The notes below the pieces were generated by a model. It made no database searches and was not told the DNA's origin. It was given only the letters and a program-made list of their open reading frames with translations. From an uncultured virus (IMG/VR IMGVR_UViG_3300030060_005186) (Duplodnaviria; Heunggongvirae; Uroviricota; Caudoviricetes): a DNA stretch of 64,000 nucleotides. Position 1 is the stretch's first letter. Each line of letters begins with the position of its first letter. Both the position numbers and the translations under genes were made by a program. Below, one piece after another: positions 60,284 through 64,000 of the stretch. Location: IMG/VR virus record IMGVR_UViG_3300030060_005186. The stretch is one strand, 5' to 3'.

Positions 60284-60625
60284 ATGAGACGAGGGCCACG
60301 CTCTAAGGTCTTTCGTTTGGGACGAGCGAGAAAAGTCCTAGGTGTACCTGTCACGAGAGACACCGCGAAAGACCTCAATCAGGCAATGAAGGACATACTA
60401 TCCAGAAGTCATGCTCCCGATGAGGTGAAAGCAGCACGCAAGGAAGTATGCATGTCTTGCGAGCACAGGCGAGAGGCTCGTTGCGACCTTTGTGGGTGTT
60501 TCATAGATTACAAAGCAAAACTACGAAACAGCGAGTGCCCTGTGGGAAAGTGGTCAGGCCTTGTCTCCGAGGCGCTTGTAGACAGTCCCGGTGAGCAACA
60601 GGCTAGTGAACAGGACTCCCATTGA
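60284..60625 (+). CDS. Small Cys-rich protein (DUF6171-like); the only plus-strand gene
   Basis: R..CxxC-x7-CxxCGC...K......CP.GKW pattern. Occupies the only large gap among minus-strand genes. Confidence 0.75.
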   Translation: MRRGPRSKVFRLGRARKVLGVPVTRDTAKDLNQAMKDILSRSHAPDEVKAARKEVCMSCEHRREARCDLCGCFIDYKAKLRNSECPVGKWSGLVSEALVDSPGEQQASEQDSH

Positions 60626-60796
60626 GTACATGAGTTCTGTCTGGTTCATATCGTAAGCCGAATAGGCGATGAGCAGGAACGCACCTAGTGTCAGGCTCAT
60701 GACTTGCACCATTATCATGTCAATGAGAGATGACTTCTTTATCTGAGTCATGTCATACATGCCGTACATCATGTCGTTGAATGTGTCTATGGGCAT
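60554..60796 (-). CDS. Small two-TM membrane protein
   Basis: Two hydrophobic stretches (IMVQVMSLTLGAFLLIAY; LMYSMGVLFTSLLLTGTVY) and a basic end. Confidence 0.7.
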   Translation of the reverse strand: MPIDTFNDMMYGMYDMTQIKKSSLIDMIMVQVMSLTLGAFLLIAYSAYDMNQTELMYSMGVLFTSLLLTGTVYKRLGDKA

Positions 60797-61428
60797 TATC
60801 GCACCCCCATCATGCTTCTGAACACGCTACCCACACCACTACCCACGCTTTCCATCATGCCCGGATTTGCCATTGCAGCGCTCAAAGCGCCACTCATGAG
60901 GTTCTGCTGGACCATGTTGAGAATGGCCTGCTGTTGCTGATGGGCCGCAGTCACTTGCGCTTGTGCTGCATTCTGCAAGTTGTTTGCCTCCATGGTGACG
61001 CTATCAGAGGTAGGTGCGGTAGAGAATGATGCGAAATCGAATATCATGTCGCCGTTAGCGTCTTCGACTATCTTGGCATTTTTGAGTACCTCGATAGTGG
61101 CTAGGCTGCTGACCTTGTACATGAGGGAGACGAGAGTCTGCATGTTGGGGCCTGAGAACCACCTGTCGACTGGAGCGCTGGTTTGCATCAAAGCGGCCAT
61201 TACTTCCAAATCCGATGGTGGCGCCATGGGCGCTGCTGGCTGCACGCCCATAGCCCCCATGAGACCAGCACCGAATGATGCTCCAGTCTGGTCGTACATG
61301 GGAGGTGCACCCCATCCCCCCATATTCGTCCCTCCGGGAGCATATTGTTGTGGAAGAGATTGCTGGCCGTTAGGTAGGCCTAGAGAAAGGGTGTTAGCGG
61401 TGTCATTGGAAGAGCCGAATAAATTCAT
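60796..61428 (-). CDS. Hypothetical Q/A/M/G-rich protein
   Basis: Coupled ORF. The C-terminus looks amphipathic (MMESVGSGVGSVFRSMMG). Confidence 0.7.
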   Translation of the reverse strand: MNLFGSSNDTANTLSLGLPNGQQSLPQQYAPGGTNMGGWGAPPMYDQTGASFGAGLMGAMGVQPAAPMAPPSDLEVMAALMQTSAPVDRWFSGPNMQTLVSLMYKVSSLATIEVLKNAKIVEDANGDMIFDFASFSTAPTSDSVTMEANNLQNAAQAQVTAAHQQQQAILNMVQQNLMSGALSAAMANPGMMESVGSGVGSVFRSMMGVR

Positions 61429-62420
61429 TCTTTCACCTCTGGTGGAGCGTCTTCACTCACTGCTTGTGATGAAGGGGCAGGAGCCGTCTGGCTTAACAGT
61501 TCCGCGAGACCCATGCTATTCACTGTAGGAGTGTCTGTGGGTAGAGGAGGTGCACTCATCTCAGCATCTGTCAAGAGTCGATTATTCGCACCAGTCTGGA
61601 ATTGCTCCATGTCGAATATGACTATTACTTGCTTGTCTCTCTTCATCGCGTCTTTGATGCGCACGACTGGGATGTTATCCTGCTTGAGCATATTGAAGAA
61701 AGGCTCGTACGGGGCTAATTGTGGAGGAGTATTGTCCTTCATGGCGAAGCCAGTGACGGGCACAGTGACCATAGACACGCCTTTGTTGAGTTTAGTCTTG
61801 AGACTGCTCGTAGTGCCGCTCTCCTCTTCTTGCTCGGCTCTTTCCCACTTGGTTAAGAGATGATACAAATGGAGATGCTCAGGGCAGTATGTGCCTCGTA
61901 GCAATCTACCACTCGTGACGTGTTCTCTTGCTTGGAAAGCCTGAGGCGCCCCCGTCACTGGGTCTTTGAAGTACAGGTCGTACAAGGACTCACCAGTATC
62001 CTCGTCCTTTATCATGTCGTAGACGTTTCCGGCAGCCCTGAGTAGTTCATCTATATCGCAGCCGTCGACGACGCAACGAGTGGCATCTCCCACGAAAGCA
62101 TACTTGCCACCGAACCAGTATCTTCTTGGGGAGAGTATGCTTCTCTTGGTGGGCGCAAGCAACTTGTAGGCTTGGCGGATGTCAGCCTTTCTGGCTTTCT
62201 TGGGGTTGGGGTGGTTGGAAGGGTAGAAGTTCACCTTCGGTATCTCGATGTGTCGCTGCATAGCAGCGTCCTGCATCATGTTTTGGGCTTGAGCCATCTG
62301 CTGCAACTGAGCAAGGGGCACCTGCGAGTTTGCTGCTAGGTGTACCATTTCTTGACTCGTCTGCGTTGCTAGAGGCTGCCCGGCAGTTTGTCCGAAAGGG
62401 TTTATCGTGTTCATTACCAT
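61425..62420 (-). CDS. Hypothetical protein, possible metal-binding site
   Basis: CVVDGC ... YCPEH. Q-rich N-terminus. GGTGA RBS. Confidence 0.7.
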   Translation of the reverse strand: MVMNTINPFGQTAGQPLATQTSQEMVHLAANSQVPLAQLQQMAQAQNMMQDAAMQRHIEIPKVNFYPSNHPNPKKARKADIRQAYKLLAPTKRSILSPRRYWFGGKYAFVGDATRCVVDGCDIDELLRAAGNVYDMIKDEDTGESLYDLYFKDPVTGAPQAFQAREHVTSGRLLRGTYCPEHLHLYHLLTKWERAEQEEESGTTSSLKTKLNKGVSMVTVPVTGFAMKDNTPPQLAPYEPFFNMLKQDNIPVVRIKDAMKRDKQVIVIFDMEQFQTGANNRLLTDAEMSAPPLPTDTPTVNSMGLAELLSQTAPAPSSQAVSEDAPPEVKE

Positions 62421-62424
62421 TATA

Positions 62425-63144
62425 TCACCAACTGAGCATCTCGAGGAGGCTCTGCTCGACGTTCCACCCTATCTTGGTCGCCATCATGTTGACTCGGCAG
62501 GGTATGCCTGCCTTTTGGAGTTTCACCATGGATTCCCTGTAAGGGTCGAATATGTTGTGCTCTCGGAGCCTCTTGGCCTGCCACAGGATGTTCGCGTTCT
62601 GGTCCCACCACTTGTCGGCCTTGTTGGCGATTACCCATATCTGCTTTGGAGCGTATTTTCGCCCTTTCCACCAAGTCTTGAGGCTGCGATATCTCCAGTT
62701 TCTCTCTATCAATGACTCTACGAGGTAGTCTAGTCCCCCCACTGCGTCTATTATGTCCGCATTCGAGCCACTCTTCCCTCTGTCGTCTATCAGGAATACT
62801 ACTACTTCCACCTGTCTCTCGACCATGTCGTCGACCCACAGGTTCCAGAATCTCTGCTGCCCTCCGAGGTCTGCGGAGTGGATGACTCTTTTCTCTCCAT
62901 GCCATCTCACTCTCTTTCTTGTAGCCTTGGGGAGTACGTGACCCCCTCCTACTAGGCGTGAAGTATGAGTCGTCCTTTCTTCTATGTCGGCCATTTCCCC
63001 CGGAGTCGTCATGTACCTGTCTAACGTAGTCTTTCCAACCATTGACGGCCCGTACACGCCAATCCTCCGTGGTTTCAGAAAGTTGTAGAGTTCCTTCCCG
63101 TACACCACCGCACCCATCAGTACTGAACCTGCTACTCCTACCAT
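62425..63144 (-). CDS. Arf/Sar1-like small GTPase (Ras superfamily)
   Basis: G1 GPSMVGKTT, G2-like RTT, G3 DLGGQ, VVVFLID, G4 NKAD, G5-like MATKIGWNVEQSL. Hydrophobic/amphipathic N-terminal helix. Confidence 0.85.
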   Translation of the reverse strand: MVGVAGSVLMGAVVYGKELYNFLKPRRIGVYGPSMVGKTTLDRYMTTPGEMADIEERTTHTSRLVGGGHVLPKATRKRVRWHGEKRVIHSADLGGQQRFWNLWVDDMVERQVEVVVFLIDDRGKSGSNADIIDAVGGLDYLVESLIERNWRYRSLKTWWKGRKYAPKQIWVIANKADKWWDQNANILWQAKRLREHNIFDPYRESMVKLQKAGIPCRVNMMATKIGWNVEQSLLEMLSW

Positions 63145-63152
63145 TCAATAAA

Positions 63153-63404
63153 TCACGTCCATGAGTTTACTTTCTCTTGAGCATATTCGATGAACCACTC
63201 TATCGTTCTGTTCCACACGCTGATATCGAGAGTCTTCTCGACGAAGGACGTGATGAAAACAGCACTGACAGTGAAAAGTAGAGTTCGAGCCCATCCCCAA
63301 CCATACTCGTAATAGTTGTCTAGGGTGTTTGCCATGTGCAACCCTCTCAGGGTCGCTTCGGTAGTGTCATCACTTGGAGTGTGAAACAGCCAACCCATAC
63401 TCAA
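63153..63404 (-). CDS. Small membrane protein
   Basis: One TM segment (WARTLLFTVSAVFITSFV) followed by a W-rich amphipathic helix. Confidence 0.65.
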   Translation of the reverse strand: MSMGWLFHTPSDDTTEATLRGLHMANTLDNYYEYGWGWARTLLFTVSAVFITSFVEKTLDISVWNRTIEWFIEYAQEKVNSWT

Positions 63405-63982
63405 GCCTTCTTGGAAGCAAACTTTCCACCCTTGTCACGAGTCTGGCCTTTATTACTCTGACTCTTGGTCACAGCCTTGCTCCCACCGAGGTCTATACCG
63501 CCTTTGTCCTCGGCTGCGTGTTGAGGTAGACTCGATTCGATACCATTCATTTCCAAATCGTTTTGATGCTCAAGCATGTTCAACTGCCTCATGAATTGGG
63601 CTTCCTGCAATTTCATCTCGACTTCCATCTGCTTGTTGGCCATGACTTGCTGCATGCCTTGCATCTTGCGAGCCCTGTCTCTGTCCATCCTTGCGAATGT
63701 CGCTCGATGGTCGAGGTTCTCCTGCATAAGCAGTTTGTAGAGAACGAAGGACATACCTTGGAGAGTGAAGGCCCCCATCGCGTAAGTCGCTGCATTTGTT
63801 CGGACGTCACCTTCTGTTCTGAGCCAAAGCCCTGCATCGAACACTGCGATTGCGGCGCCGACTAGTATGGATACGAAAGTTATCAGACCCAACACCCGTA
63901 TCTCATCAGTGTTGGAGTCGCTTGGTTGTAATGGCGGTAGGGACTGCATACTCACTGTTCTCCTTGAGACCCGGACATACAA
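63401..63982 (-). CDS. Two-TM membrane protein with coiled coil
   Basis: VLGLITFVSILVGAAIAVF and YAMGAFTLQGMSFVLY, then a Q/M/E coiled coil. Ends RDKGGKFASK. True start probably 63949-63955. Confidence 0.7.
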   Translation of the reverse strand: MYVRVSRRTVSMQSLPPLQPSDSNTDEIRVLGLITFVSILVGAAIAVFDAGLWLRTEGDVRTNAATYAMGAFTLQGMSFVLYKLLMQENLDHRATFARMDRDRARKMQGMQQVMANKQMEVEMKLQEAQFMRQLNMLEHQNDLEMNGIESSLPQHAAEDKGGIDLGGSKAVTKSQSNKGQTRDKGGKFASKKA

Positions 63983-64000
63983 CTAGCACATATACCCTCC

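Larger units (their letters stand above)
1..64000 (-). mobile_element. Tailed virus genome segment, probably archaeal (magrovirus/halovirus-like), with a non-contractile tail
   Basis: Complete terL-portal-protease-MCP-neck-tube-chaperone-TMP-fibre series. No host genes and no sheath gene seen. Confidence 0.9.

Noticed and set aside
60554..60796. Firm holin call for the small 2-TM protein
   Set aside because: The topology fits, but no endolysin is adjacent and there is no family motif, so it is kept as an unknown membrane protein.
62420..63148. 242-aa same-strand alternative-frame ORF covering the whole GTPase gene
   Set aside because: R-rich, no recognisable motif, TTG start, while the other frame has all G motifs. 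Probably a shadow, though conservation of the open frame in relatives was not testable.
1..64000. tRNA, rRNA, ncRNA, att sites, terminators, alternative genetic code
   Set aside because: Intergenic gaps are all under about 40 nt, no convincing structures were seen, and very long ORFs read through under the standard code.

Overview
This window is the virion-morphogenesis half of a tailed dsDNA virus (Caudoviricetes, HK97 lineage). It is almost fully coding, and all but one gene lie on the minus strand in tightly coupled operons. In transcription order (right to left) it holds: a module of small membrane proteins around an Arf/Sar1-like small GTPase; a Zn/HTH protein; three large unknown proteins; terminase large subunit; a LAGLIDADG-domain protein; portal; scaffold-like proteins; a 2111-aa protein carrying a degenerate ATP-dependent DNA ligase fold; prohead protease/scaffold; major capsid protein; decoration and neck proteins; tail terminator; tail tube; a tail-chaperone pair joined by a -1 slippery site; a short tape measure; distal tail and hub proteins; a 5046-aa giant protein; and at least five fibre/adhesin genes, the last cut by the window edge. 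GAGGTGA/GGTGA ribosome-binding sites and TATA-like boxes 24 nt before start codons point to an archaeal host. The head module resembles halovirus HGTV-1-like and Marine Group II (Poseidoniales) 'magrovirus' viruses; this is inference, not a database result. I saw no replication genes, integrase, tail sheath, recognisable lysis genes, tRNA or CRISPR. The best leads are (1) the GTPase plus membrane-protein operon, a candidate viral membrane-remodelling/egress system; (2) a recurrent hydrophobic-x-K|[A/S/G/D/E] motif, with a W-x-[FVI]-[LI]-K variant on small accessory genes, that looks like a protease-cleaved capsid-loading tag; and (3) a ligase fold that has lost its catalytic motifs, embedded in a putative internal head protein. 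All product calls come from reading motifs by eye.
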